Numbered from the stretch's first letter, positions 40,025 to 52,490 are shown. The stretch: DNA of 64,000 nucleotides from Squalus acanthias (GCA_030390025.1 CM059431.1:139936001-140000000), one strand, 5' to 3'. Notes: generated by a model not told the origin, from the sequence alone. Translations and numbers: made by a program.

Positions 40025-41214
40025 TGTAGGGGGTGGAAGTGGGGTCAGCCTACGCTCTCTGACTGAGTGAGCGGTTCGAATCGCTAACACGCCCCTGGTT
40101 CCTAGACTTTGGACTTATTTAGGGGTTGTGAACAAAATTGCAGTAGACAACAGGTTCTGATGAAAGAATTTTGACTTTATTAAAAGAAAAAGGTAACAAA
40201 CTTAAAACACACTTAATACTTAAACACAGGTTGTGGAACACACGCTACAGGCGAGGGAGAATGACAATATACCAAACAAAAACCTTATCCCTCCCAAAGA
40301 TCCCACTATCTAGCTAGGTTTTTGGTTTCAGGAGATCAGGGATAATGCTCACCAACGAATCCTTGACATGATTTTAGAGTCCTTTGATTAAAAGATTTCG
40401 TAAGGCCCTTGTTGCTGCGAGGTGTCCGATGGTCACTGAGACAGTCGCTCTGGTTTCTTCTTGTGTGATGGTGTGTTTGTGGATTTGTTGGCGTTCCTTC
40501 CTCCTCCTCGTGGCTTGTGGTGTCTTTTGCTGGAGCAGGGCTGAGAGAGAGAGAGAGAGCTGTTCCAGCATTGTCAGCGAGTCCAAAAGAGAGAGAGTCT
40601 TGGGACAGGTTCCAATTATATTGTCCTTTTCGCGCCCAAAACCCATACTAAAACGGTTTACTTTAGGTATCAAATGAGCCCTGTTTAGTCCATTGTCTAG
40701 TTTGGGCGGGCTTGCCAGTTCCGATGGCTTTAACTTAGTGTTAAACATGTCCTGATCATTTTCCGATTTAGGCAAGGCCCTTATCTACGCGCCAAATCTC
40801 ATCCCTATTGTCCTAGGTCTATTGGTGGGCTTTAAATCTGTCCTGTGGATACCTGGTTGATTGGTTCTTGATGAAGTGAATCGGGTTGCTTAATGTTTTA
40901 TTGATTTCAAAAGAGGTCTTGGAATATTCATATTTCGATGTGTTGTGAGGCTTTTGGGTTTTGTCTCTTCCTCCTTGATAGGAAGGCAGTGTAAACACAC
41001 TGCCAGACAGCTTAATACACTGCCTGGCCACGCCCCTCTGCAGCCTGTCGGTGTCTGTGACAAGGTGTCTTTCCCAACAGTAAGATTCGAAAAGTCATTT
41101 TCCTCAGGGTTTTCTTCTTGTGATCTTTAAAAAAGTCCAAAACTGAGGGTTTTACCACAAATCACTTCACTTAGGGTTCTGTTTGAGTTTCTGGGGGATT
41201 TTGCGAAGCCTACA
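40025..41214 (-). mobile_element. Solo LTR (ERV/Gypsy-like), about 1.19 kb
   Basis: Starts TGTAGG and ends CCTACA; cleanly interrupts CR1 ORF1 (gtgccaca|...|acgtgctggtg); no coding content; tttatt near 40175 suggests minus orientation. Confidence 0.72.
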
Positions 41215-43191
41215 ACGTGCTGGTGAATATAGAAGCATGATGTTAGTGCAGGTAAATGCGTGGCTGGACAAGTAGTGCAGGAGAGAGGGTTTCGGATTCT
41301 TGGGTCATTGGGACCAGTTCTGGGGCAAGTGGAACCTGTACAAGATGGATGGATTGCACCTGAACAAAAGCCGGCGCCATTATTCTCAGAGTGGTTAACT
41401 CGTACTGTTGGGGTTTAAAGATATTTGGCAGGGGGAGGGGAACCAGGAAATAGCAGAGAGGGGCAAAATAAGATCAGAGGGCAGAGTGATATAAACAGCG
41501 GTGCAATTAGGAATGTCCCATAAATTGCGGGAACCAGATTGAGGAACATAGTGAAAGTGATGAAGGAGGTATTAAATTGTATGTATGACAATGTCCGTAG
41601 TGTAACTAATAAGGTTGCTGAGATGCAGATACAAATTGATAGGTACATAAGGATAGGTACAGGCTTCAGTCTGACTTAGATGGTGAAATGGGAATGGCAA
41701 ATGGAGTTCAATGCAGAGAAGTGTGAATACAGGAGCATAGACACAGGAGTAGGCCATTTAGCCCCTCGAGCCTGTTCCGCCATTCAATGAGACCATGGCT
41801 GATCTGCGACCTCACTCCATATACCCGCCTTTGCCCCATATCCCTAAAACCTTTGGTTAACAAACTCTAGGAATCGCTGTTTTAAAATGAACAATTGATC
41901 GAGCATCAATCGCCGTTTGCAACAGAGTTCGAAACTTCTACCACTCTGTGTGTAGAAGTGTTTCCTAATTTTACTCCTGAATATCTGGCTCTAATGTTTA
42001 GACTATGCCCCCTAGTCTAAACATTAGAGCGAGACCATTCAGGAGTGAAATTAGGAAACACTTCTGCACACAGAGTGGTAGAAGTTTCGAACTCTGTTGC
42101 AAACAGCGCATCTTAAAGATGGTAAACACTGCAGCCACGGTACGCCGGTGGTGGAGGGAGTGCATATTTAGGTGGTGGATGGGGTGCGAATCCAGCGAGT
42201 TGCTTTGTCCTGGATGGTGTCGAACTTCTTGAGTGTTGCTGGAGCTTCACTCATCCAGGCAAGTGGAGAGTATTCCAACACAGTCCTGACTTGTGACTTG
42301 TAGATGGTGGAAATGTTTTGGGGAGTCAGGAGGTGAGACACTCGCTGCAGAATACCCAACCTCAGACCTGCTCTTGTTGCCGCAGTATTTATGTGGCTGG
42401 TCCAGTTAAGTTTCTGATCAATGGCGACCCCTCAGGATGCTGATGTTGGGGAATCCGGCGATGGTAATGCCGTTGAATGTTATGGGGCGCTGGTTAGATT
42501 ATCGCTTGTTGGAGATAGTCATTGCCTGGTACTTAGGTGGTAAGTAACATTTGCGCCACACATCAGCCCAAGCCTGAATGTCCTGCAGGTCTTGCTGAAT
42601 GTGGGCATGGACTGCTTCATTATCTGTGGAGTTGTGAATGGCACTGAACACTGTGCAATCATCAGCGAACATCCCCACTTCTGACCTTATGATGGAGGGA
42701 AGGTCATTGATGAAGATGGTTGGGCCTAGGACACTGTCCTGAGGAAATCCTGCAGCGATGTCGTGGGGCTATGAGGATTGACCTTCAATCACCACAACCA
42801 TCTTCCTTTGTGTTAGGTATGACTCCAGCCAGTGGAGAGTTTCTCCACCCCCCCCCCCCACCCCCGCGCCCCGAGCCCCGATTCCCATTGACTTCAGTTT
42901 TACTAGGGCTCCTTGAAGCCACACTCGGTCAAATGCTGCCTTGACGTCAAAGGCAGTCACTCTCACCTCACTTCTGGAATTCAGCTCTTTTGTCCATGTT
43001 TCGACCAAGGCTGTAATGAGGTCGGGAGCCGAGTGGTCTTGGCGGAACCCAAACGGGGCATCAGTGAGCAGGTTATTGGTGAGTAAGTGCCGCTTCATAG
43101 CACTGTCGCCGATACCTTCCATCAGTTTGCTGATGATTGAGAGTAGACTGATGGGGTGGTAACTGGCCGGATTGGATTTGTCCTGCATTTT

Positions 43192-43619
43192 AACATAGAA
43201 ACATAGAATCTAGGAGCAGGAGTAGGCCATTCGGCCCGTCGAGCCTGCTCCACCATTCAATACGATCATGGCTGATCATCCAAATCCAGTACCCTGTCCC
43301 TGCTTTTAATCCCCACAGTACACATATCCCACCCTACCCCCGTAACCCCACGTATTTAATTCCCCCTAACATATCCCATCCTATCCCCATAACCCCACAT
43401 ATTTAATCCCCCCCTAACACCTAAGGGTCAATTTATCATAGCCAAATCAACCTAACCCGCACATTTTTGGACTGTGGGAGGAAACCGGAGCACCCGGAGG
43501 AAACCCACGCAGACACGGGGAGAATGTGCAAACTCCACACAGACAGTCACCCGAGGTCAGATTCGAACCCGGGTCCCTGGCGCTGTGAAGCACCAGTGCT
43601 AACCACTATGCCACCGTGT
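43192..43619 (-). mobile_element. V-SINE (HE1-like, tRNA-derived) with CR1 tail
   Basis: Core ggactgtgggaggaaaccggagcacccggaggaaacccacgcagacacggggagaatgtgcaaactccacacagac; tRNA head; TGCATTTT duplicated at 43184-43191 and 43620-43627. Confidence 0.88.
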
Positions 43620-44261
43620 TGCATTTTTGTCGGATACTTGCCAGTTTTGTAGCTGTACTGGAACAGCTTGGCTAGAGGCGCGGCTAGTTCTGGAGCACAA
43701 GTCTTTCGCACGACAGCCGAGATGTTGTCGGGGCCCATAGCCTTTGCTGTATCCAGTGCACTCAGCCATTTCTTGATATCACGTGGAGTGAATCGAATTG
43801 CCTGAAGTCTGTCTTTTGTGATGGTGGGGACCTCGGGCGTAGGCCGATATGGAACATCCACTCGGCACTTCCGGTGAAGATGTTTGTAAACGCTTCAGCC
43901 TTGTCTTTTGTACTCATGTACTGGTCTCCGCTATCATCGAGGATGGAGCCTCCTCCTCCCGTTAGTTGTTTAATGGTCTACCACCAATCAAGACTGGGTG
44001 TGGCAGGACTGCAGAGCTTTGAACTGATCCATTAATTGTGGGATCGCTTAGCCCTGTCTATAGTTTGCTGCTTCCGCTTTTTAGCATGCATGTAGTCCTG
44101 TGTTGCAGTTTCCCCAGGTTGGCACCTCATTTTTAGGTACACCTGGTGCTGCTCCGAGCATGCTCTTCTACACTTCTTATTGCACCAGGGTTGGTCCCCT
44201 GGCTTGGTGGTATTGATAGTGAGGGATATGCCGGGCCATGTGGTGGCAGATTGTGGTGGAA

Positions 44262-46265
44262 TACGAACATACCTACGAACATACGAATTAGGAGCAGGAG
44301 TAGGCCACTCGGCCCTTCGAGCCTGCTTCACTAGTCAATAAGATCATGGCTGATCGGATTACTCCACATTCCCGCTTACTCCCGACAACTTTTCATTCCC
44401 TTGCTTACCAACAATCTATCCACTTCTGCCTTAAAAATATTCAAAGACTCTGCTTCCACCGCCCTCTGAGGAAGAGAGTTCCAAAGACTCACGACCCTCT
44501 GTGATAAAAAAACATTCTCCTCATCTCTGTCTCAAATGGGCGACCCCTTATTTTTAAACAGTGACCCCTAATTCTAGACTCTCCCACAAGAGGAAAGATC
44601 CTCTCCACATCCACCCTGTCCAGACCCCTCAGGACCTTATATGTTTCGATCAAGTCACCTCTTACTCTTCTACACTCCAGCGGATACAAGCCTAGACTGT
44701 CCAACCTTTCCTCATAAGACAACCCGCCCATTCCAGGTATTAGTCTAGTAAACCTTCTCAACTGCTTCCAACGCATTTACATCCTTCCTTAAATAAGGAG
44801 ACCAATACTGTACACAGTACTCCAGATGTGGTCTCACCAATGCCCTGTATAACTGAAGCATAACCTCCCTACTTTTGTATTCAATTCCCCACGCAAGAAA
44901 CGATAACATTCTATTAGCTTTCCTAATTACTTGTTTTACCTGCATAGTAAGCTTTTGCAATTCATGCACTAGAATACCCAGATCCCTCTGCATCTCAGAG
45001 CTCTGCAATCTCTCACCATTTAGATAATATGTTTCTTTTTTATTCTTCCTGCCAAAATGGACAACTTCACATTTTCCCACATTATACTCAATTTGCCAGA
45101 TCTTTGCCCATTTACTGAACCTATCTATATCGCTTTGCAGCCTCCTTATGTCCTCTTCACAATTTACTTTTCTACCTATCTTTGTGTCATCAGCAAATTT
45201 AGCAACCATACCTTCTGTCCCTTCATCCAAGTCATTTATATAAATTGTAAAACGTTGGGGCCCCAGCACTGATCCCTGTGGTACACCACTCGTTACATCT
45301 TGCCAATCAGAAAATGACCCATTTATGCCTACTCTGTGCTTCCTGTTAGCTAGCCAATCTTCTATCCATGCCAATATGTTACCCCCTACACCATGAGCTT
45401 TTATTTTCCGCAATAACCTTTGATGTGGCACCTTATCAAATGCCTTCTGGAAATGTAAGTACAGTACATCCACCGGTTCCCCTTTATCAACAGCACATGT
45501 TACTTCCTCAAAGAACTCCAATAAATTGGTTAAACATGATTTCCCTTGCACAAAACCATGTTTAGTCTGCCTGATTACTTTGAACCTTTCTAAGTACGCT
45601 GCTATAACATCTTCAATAATAGCTTCTAACAATACCTATGACAGATGTTAAGCTAACTGGCCTGTAGTTTCCTGCTTTCTGTCTCCCTCCCTTTTTGAAT
45701 AAAGGAGTTGCATTCGCTATTTTCCAATCTAATGGATCCTTCCCCGAATCTAGAGAATTTTGGAAAATTAAAACCAACGCATTAACTATCTCACTAGCCA
45801 CTTTATTTAAGACCCTAGGATGAACTCCATCAGGACCCGGGGACTTGTCAGCCTGCAGCTCCAACAATTTACTTAGCGCCACTTCCCTGGTGATTATAAT
45901 TTTCTTGAGTTCCTCCCTCCCTTCCATTTCCTGATTTACAGCTATTTCTGGGATGTTACTTGTATCCTCTATAGTTTTGGCCGATGCAAAATACCTGTTC
46001 AATTCAATTACCATCTCCTTATTTTCCATTATTAATTCCCCAGGCTTACTTTTTATCGGACCAACACTCACTTTGTTAACTTTTCTTTTTTTAAATATCG
46101 ATAGAAACCCTTACCATCTGTTTTTATATTTCTAGCTAGTTTCTCTCGTACTATAATTTTTCTCTCCTTATTAATCTTTTAGTCATTCTTTGCTGTTTTT
46201 TATATTCTGTCCAATTTTCTGACCTGCCACCCATCTTTGTGCAATTGTATGCTTTTTCTTTAAGT
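44262..46265 (-). mobile_element. CR1 3' 2 kb, relatively intact RT
   Basis: ORF 44745-45632 (295 aa) with GVPQGSVLGP and FADD; flanking ORFs are frameshifted. Confidence 0.92.
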
Positions 46266-46940
46266 ATAATATTATATTCTGCTGCTGCTCATGGCCCACT
46301 GCGCCTCATGGATGCCCAGTTTTGAGCTGTTACATCTGTTCTGAATCTATCCCATTTAGCACGGTGGTAGTGCCACACAACACGATGGAGGGTATCCTCA
46401 GTGTGAAGACGGTACTTCGTCTCCACAATGAATGTGCGGTGGTCACTGCCAGCAATGCTGTCATGGACAGATGCATCTGCGACAGGTAGATTGGTGAGGA
46501 CGAGGTCAAGTAGGTTTTTCCCTCTTGTTGGTTCTCTCACCACCTGTCACATGCCCAGTCTGGCAGCTATATCCTTCAGGACTCGGCCAGCTCGGTCAAT
46601 AGTGGTGCTACCGATCCACTCTTGGTGATGGATATTGACGTTAGCCACCCACAGTACATTCTGTGCCCTTGCTACTCTGTGCTTCGTGCAAGTGGTGTTC
46701 AACATGGAGGAGTACTGATTCATCAGCTGAGGGAGGGCGGTAGATGCTATACAGCAGGAGGTTTCCTTGCCCATGCTTTTCCTGATGCCATGAGACTTCA
46801 TGGGGTCCGGAGTTAATGTTGAGGACTCCCAGGGCCACTCCCTCCAGACTGTATACCACTGCTGCCACCCCTGTTGGGGCTGTCCTGCCAGTGGAACAGG
46901 ACATAAACAAGGATGATGATGGAGGAGTCTGGGACACTCT

Positions 46941-47705
46941 CTGTTCCCCTTAATATCTTGAAAACAATGATCAAATTACCCCTTACCCTTCTAAATTCGA
47001 GGGAATACAACCTCAGTTGTGTAATCTCTCCTTGTAATTTACCCATTGGAGTGCCGGTATAATTCTGGTAAATCTACGCTGCACTCGCTTCAAGGCCACT
47101 GTATCCTTCCTAGGGTGTTGCCCAGAACTGCTCACCGTACTCCAGCTGTGGTCTAACCAGCGGTTTGTATAGCTGTAGCATAACTTCTACCCCCTTGTAA
47201 TCTGGTGCTCCAGATAGAAAGGCCAGCATTCCATTAGACTTTTTGATAATTTTCTGTACCTGTTCATGACATTTTAATGATCTAACACCTGGACGTCCAC
47301 TGTTTTAAGCTTTTCACCATTTAGAAAGTACTCTGACCTATCCTTTTTTAGGTTCATATTGGATGACCTCACATTTTTCTGCATTGAAATCCATTTGCCA
47401 CAAATTTGCCCATTCACATAAACTATCTATCATTTTGCAATTCCATGCTTTCATCTACACTGCCTACAATGACGCCTATCTTTGTGTCATCGGTAAATTT
47501 GGATATGTGTCTTTCTATCCCATCATTTAAGTCGTTAATAAAAACAGTGAATAGTTGAGGCATCAACACAGATCACTGCAGGACGGCACGAGTCACATCA
47601 TGTCAATGAGAGTTGCTGCCCATTATCCCTACTCTCTGTCTCCTGCCGCTCAGCAATTTCCAAACCAGCTCAATAATTTGCCTTCAATTCCATGGGCTTC
47701 AACCT
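46941..47705 (-). mobile_element. Degenerate CR1 ORF2 fragment (continues about 49299-49440)
   Basis: LYSLEFRRVRGNL; reverse CR1 RT sequence on both sides of the next element. Confidence 0.7.
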
Positions 47706-49298
47706 TTTTTATTTGTTTATGAGATCAGGGTGTCGCTGGCAATGCCAGCATTTATTGCCCACCCCTAGTTGCCCTGGAGAAGGTGGTGGTGAGCCGCCGC
47801 CTTGAACCGCTGCAGTCCGTGTGGTGATGGTACTCCCACAGTGCTGTTAGGTTGGGAGTTCCAGGATTTTGACCCAGCGACGATGAAGGAACGGCGATAT
47901 ACTTCTAAGTCAGGATGGTGTGTGACTTGGAGGGGAACTTGGAGGTGGTGGTGTTCCCATGCGCCTGCTGCCCTTGTCCTTCTAGGTGGAAGAGTTTGCG
48001 GGTTTGGAAGGTGCTGCCGAAGAAACCTTGCCGAGTTGCTGCAGTGCATCTTGTAGATGGTACACACTGCAACCAATGTTCGCTGGTGGTGGAGGAAGTG
48101 AATGTTTAAGGTGGTGGATGGGGTTCCAATCAAGCGGGCTGCTTTGTCCTGGATGGTGTCGAGCTTCTTGAGTGTTGTTGGAGCTGCATTTATTCCATCA
48201 CACTCCTGACTTGTGCCTTGTATATGGTGGAAAGGCTTTGGGGTGTCGGGGTGAGACACTCCCCGCAGAATACCTAGCCTCTGACCTGCTCTTGTTGCCA
48301 CAGTATTTATGTGGCTGGTCCAGTTCAGTTTCTGGTTAATGGTGACACCCAGGGTGTTGATAGTCGGGGATTCGGCGATGGTAATGCCATTGAATGTCAA
48401 GGAGAGGTGGTTAGACTCTCGCTTGTTGGAGATAGTCATTGCCTGGCACTTCTGTGGCGCGAATGTTACCTGCCACTTATCAGCCCAAGCCTGAACGTCG
48501 TCCAGTTCTTGTTGCATGAGGGCATGGACTGCTTCATTATCTGTGGAGTTGCGAACGGCGCTGAACACTGTGCAGTCATCAGCGAACATCCCCATTTCTG
48601 ACCTAATGTTGGAGGGAAGATCATTGAAGAAGCAGCTGAAGATGCTTGGGCCTAGGACACTGCCCTAAGGAACACCTGCCGCAATAATCTGGGGCTGTGA
48701 TTATTGACCTTCAACCGCCACAAACCTCTTCCGTTTTGCTAGGTATGACTCCAGCCAGTGGAGCCTTTTCCCCATGACTCCCATTGACTTCAGTTTTACT
48801 AGGTCCCCTTGATGCCAGACTCGGTCAAATGCTGCCTTGATGTCAAGAGCAGTCACTCTCACCTCACCACTGGAATTCAGCTCCTTTGTCCATGCTTGGA
48901 CCAAGGCTGTAATGAGGTCGGGTCCGTGTGGTCAAGGCGGAACCCAAACTGGGCATCAGTGAGCAGGTTATTGGTGAGTAAGTGCCGCTTGATAGCACTG
49001 TCGATGACATCTTCCATCACTTTGCTGATGATTGCGAGTAGACTGATGGGGCGGTAATTGGCCGTGTTGGATTTGTCCTGCCTTTTGTGGACAGGACATA
49101 CCTGGGCAGTTTTCCACATTGTCGGATAGATGCCAGTGTTGTAGCTGTACTGAAACAGCTTGGCTAGAGGTGCGGCTAGTTCTGGAGCACACGTCTTCAG
49201 CACGATAGTTGGGATGTTGTCGGGGCCAATAGCCTTTGCTGTATCCAGTGCACTCAGCCGTTTCTTGATATTAGGTGGAGTGAATCGAATTGGCTGAA
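47706..49298 (-). mobile_element. Second-family LINE 3' portion (RT to 3' end)
   Basis: ORFs 47765-48595 (FADDCT), 48701-48904, 48877-49203; reverse 3' end gcatttattgcccacccctagtt. Confidence 0.88.
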
Positions 49299-49444
49299 TT
49301 CGTTAACAGTCTCTTATGAGGGACTTTATCAAGTGCCTTCTGGAACTCCATATAAATAACATCCACACAGATTTCCCTGTCCACTGCTTTAGTCACACCT
49401 TTAAAAAATTCAATCAGGCTTGTCAGGCATGACCTACCATTTAG

Positions 49445-50200
49445 GTAAAGTGATGCACTTTGGGAGGAATGATATGGAAAGACAGTACACTATATAAATG
49501 GCATGGTTTTGAACAGTGTAGATAATCAAAGAGAACTTGGCGTCCATATACACATCCTTAAAGGTGGCAGGGCAAGTTAAAATGGGTGACTTGATTTTGA
49601 AAATAGTGAAATCGAATATAAAAGCAAATATATCATGCTAAAATTTAGGCCTCAGCTGGAACATTGTGGAAAATTCTGGGCACCAAATTTCAGGAGAGAT
49701 GTAAAGGCCTTAGAAAGGGTACAGGGGATGTTTACTGGGTTGTTTCCAGGGATGAGGGAATGCAGTTATGAGGACAGGTTGGAAAAGTTAGAACTGTTCT
49801 CCTTGGAAAAGAGACGGTTAAGAGGTGACCTAATAGAGGTTTTCAAGATGATGAAAGGTTTTGATAGAGTTGATAGGGGAAAATTATTCCCTCTGGCGAG
49901 TGGGTCAACAACTAGAGGTCAGAAATTCAAAATCATTGGAAATATATCCATATGGGAGATGAGGAGATTTTTTTTACGCAGAGAATAGTCGGGATCGGGA
50001 ACGCTGTACCTGAAAATTTGCTGGAAGCTGATTTCATAAATAAATTGAACACAAAGTTGAATAAATTCTCCAGGATGAGCAACTTACAGGGTTACGGACA
50101 AAAAGCGGGGATGTGGGACTGAGCACGATGCTCTTTCAAAGAGCCAGCACAGGCCCGCACCGAATTGTCTCCTTCTGTGCTCTAAATTTCTATGATTCTA
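49445..50200 (+). mobile_element. CR1 3' end
   Basis: ORF 49635-49988 (RRLRGDLIEVFK); tail ttctatgattcta. Confidence 0.85.
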
Positions 50201-50308
50201 TAATAACTGGATATCTTAAACGGTACGTTATTATTGTCAGTAATAGTGTTATTAATCACACTGGGGATTTACTCTGATTCCTGTTATTTCTCTCTCTCTG
50301 ATCCCCAG

Positions 50309-50476
50309 GCTGTATGATGCTGATCTCACAGATTCTTGTACCGAGGATCTCGTCACCGCTCTCAATGCAAACCAGTCACTGACGTCTCTGACCCTGGGAT
50401 CAAACTCCTTCACAGACCGATCTGTCCCCGCTCTCCGCAGCCTCATACTGAACTATAGGAGTCTGGAGTGGATCCG
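50309..50476 (+). CDS. NLR LRR exon (168 nt)
   Basis: ccccag| LYDADLTDSCTEDLVTALNANQSLTSLTLGSNSFTDRSVPALRSLILNYRSLEWI |gtgagt. Confidence 0.92.
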
Positions 50477-50648
50477 GTGAGTGTTTGTGTTAATGTTTAA
50501 TGTAATAATTAAAATATGAATGGAATTCAGTCACTTTTATGGGATTTATTTGTATGTAATTATTATTGAAATATTAACCCCAGTCACCCTGTTATTTACA
50601 CTGTTGTCCAATCTGTTTATTTCATGTTTAATATTTAATCTGTTTCAG

Positions 50649-50736
50649 GCTGAGGGGGAATCAGTTCAGTTCAACCGGAGAGAAACAGCTGAAGCTGCTG
50701 CAGGGAACAAGACGCGGACTGAAAGTGGATGTGTGA
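50649..50736 (+). CDS. NLR terminal coding exon
   Basis: tttcag| LRGNQFSSTGEKQLKLLQGTRRGLKVDV* with TGA at 50734-50736; phase fits the previous exon. Confidence 0.85.
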
Positions 50737-51734
50737 ACATTTCAATTAATGACCATCACTGGTCTCATTCTATGGCCATTTTGGCCGATTTTCTGCCCCT
50801 CCCCTTCAAGCGGCCGCGCTCCGGGTTTAAATCCTATCGGCCCCTTTAAGGTTTTCCAGCTCGAGCTGAGCGAGCGTCATCTCCCATTGTGAGGTCAGAG
50901 GCCCAGCCACAGGGTCACGAGACTCAGCCGCCCGGCCCCACAGCGCTGCTTCTGCAGGATATCCGGGGCTGAATGTTCCCCAATGGGGCACTGGGGAAAT
51001 GCACAGACAGGAAGGGCCCAGGGTGGGGCTCAGTCTGGGCTGCAGTGGGACACTGACAATTGCACTCAGTATTCCTGGGTTTGGGGGTAACATTACCCAG
51101 GGTTCCTGCTCAGTATCAGTGACCCTGCTGGAAAGTGAACCTGTGTGGGTTCAGGATGGAGACCGGATCTGCTCATTTGGGATGTGTTCCACGATCCAAT
51201 AGGGACTAATTCCTAATGTTTTTGTTCACCCTATCCTGTTAGGAGAGGTTCCTTGGACTTGTGCACTTGTGGAATCTGACTCCATGATGGGTCAGCACAA
51301 GGAGTGGAGAAATGGGGAAATTTCCTGCTGTGGATCCTGCTGTTCAGGGAGGGTGATTGAGAGGGTGAGCGGAGTTTATTACACTGAACTCTCCCTTTTT
51401 CTGGCACCAACACGGGGGCAGGTACTGGTGTTACCATGGAAATGAAAGTCCGTGTGCTCACTACGGGTAATGTTTAAAATGGAATTTCATGAGAATTCGA
51501 CCTCCCCCCATGAGATTGTCAAAAGACCTGATGACCCGCGAAATGTCCTGAGCAAACTGAGGGGGCCAATGATTGGACATGTCACCCGCAGTCATGGGCT
51601 TTGTATAATGTTTCCGCCTTTATTAACCTTCACTTCTGTATCACGGCTTTATGGATTATCTAACGGTACTTATGAGAATTGTTAACGTGTGATGTTGAAT
51701 TAAATGGTGCATTAACTTAACAGGTGCAATTCAT

Positions 51735-51960
51735 GTCTACTTACCCTTTGAAAATTTGAGAATAGTTTCAGATATTTTTAGCCCGAAGGCCTCTAGTCAT
51801 CCCCTTCACCAGATAAAGCTGAGTGTGGATCAGAAGCAGTTCACTTGAGGGAAACATCAGAGAACCAGCTCAATGATGGATCGATTGGTCTTTCGCCCCA
51901 ATATCCAGTTAAGTCGGTTAATTTGCACTTCTGGCTGAGTTCACCAGCTTCTGGGCCAGG
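51735..51960 (-). pseudogene. 28S rRNA pseudogene fragment (degenerate; may extend to about 51640)
   Basis: Reads as antisense 28S: cttaccc..tttgagaatag...gcctctagtcat...gagggaaac..gaaccagct..gatgg.tcgatt.gtctttcgcccc...atttgcac. Confidence 0.8.
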
Positions 51961-52490
51961 AAGCTCGCCATGGACCCGCGGGCATAAGGTCCAGCTGGGT
52001 CAGAGCGCAGTGAGAACAGTCTGCCTCAGCTCACAGTCACAAAGGGAGAAAGGACACTGGGTGCCCTGTGCTGGTGTAAAGGGAGAGTGCACAAACAAAT
52101 TAGAGTGTCCCCACGTTGGCAAAGAATGTCAGGCCTGCATCACTGGTGCAGACCCTGCAGAGCTCACAGTGGCCGCTCACTGAGTGCTCGCCGAGCGTCC
52201 CGGTAGCACCTGATTCCACAGAAGTCCCCTTACGTTGACGTTGGAGTAGTGCTGGAGGAAAGTGGGAGGCACCATTTACTGCCTGACCGCATGAGAAGAG
52301 AGGGAATGAGAGAGGAGAGGACAGACTAATGGAAGAGGAAGAGAAGAGATGCAGGCTAAGATTGGGCAGGCGAGCAAGAAGCGGGTTACGGAGGGCAGAG
52401 GGTGATTGCAGAATTGAGAAACTCGTATACCATCGGAACACAGCATACCCAGGATACCTGCCCCCAACTGCAGCCTAGTGAACATGTTGT

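Larger units (their letters stand above)
42109..46940 (-). mobile_element. Second-family (RTE-X-like?) LINE with nested SINE and CR1
   Basis: Minus ORFs 42769-43188 (FDVKAAFDRVW), 43547-43861 (CAPELAAPLAKLFQYSY), 46289-46801 (endonuclease). Confidence 0.85.
37681..50200 (+). mobile_element. Outer CR1 LINE hosting a nested TE stack (ORF1 about 39308-41400, 3' part 49445-50200)
   Basis: TATAAT duplicated at 37675-37680 and 50199-50204. ORF2 text breaks at gagaagtgtgaa (41727) and resumes at aagtgatgcactttgg (about 49448). Confidence 0.7.
770..50736 (+). pseudogene. Spliced NLR gene (death-fold/CARD-like + NACHT + LRR; fish/shark expanded NLRC3/NLRP-like family), disabled as sequenced
   Basis: Ten coding exons with AG acceptors, GT donors (exon 4 donor ambiguous) and mutually compatible phases; 2892 nt total, about 963 aa if repaired. 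Walker A GVPGIGKT, Walker B LLFIFDG*DE, winged-helix FPHLTIQEFVAA, RI-type LRRs. Two frameshifts and one nonsense codon in the NACHT exon. Confidence 0.92.

Noticed and set aside
44745..45632. 295-aa RT ORF as an active or domesticated gene
   Set aside because: The copy is 5'-truncated and frameshifted on both sides, and is nested in another LINE.
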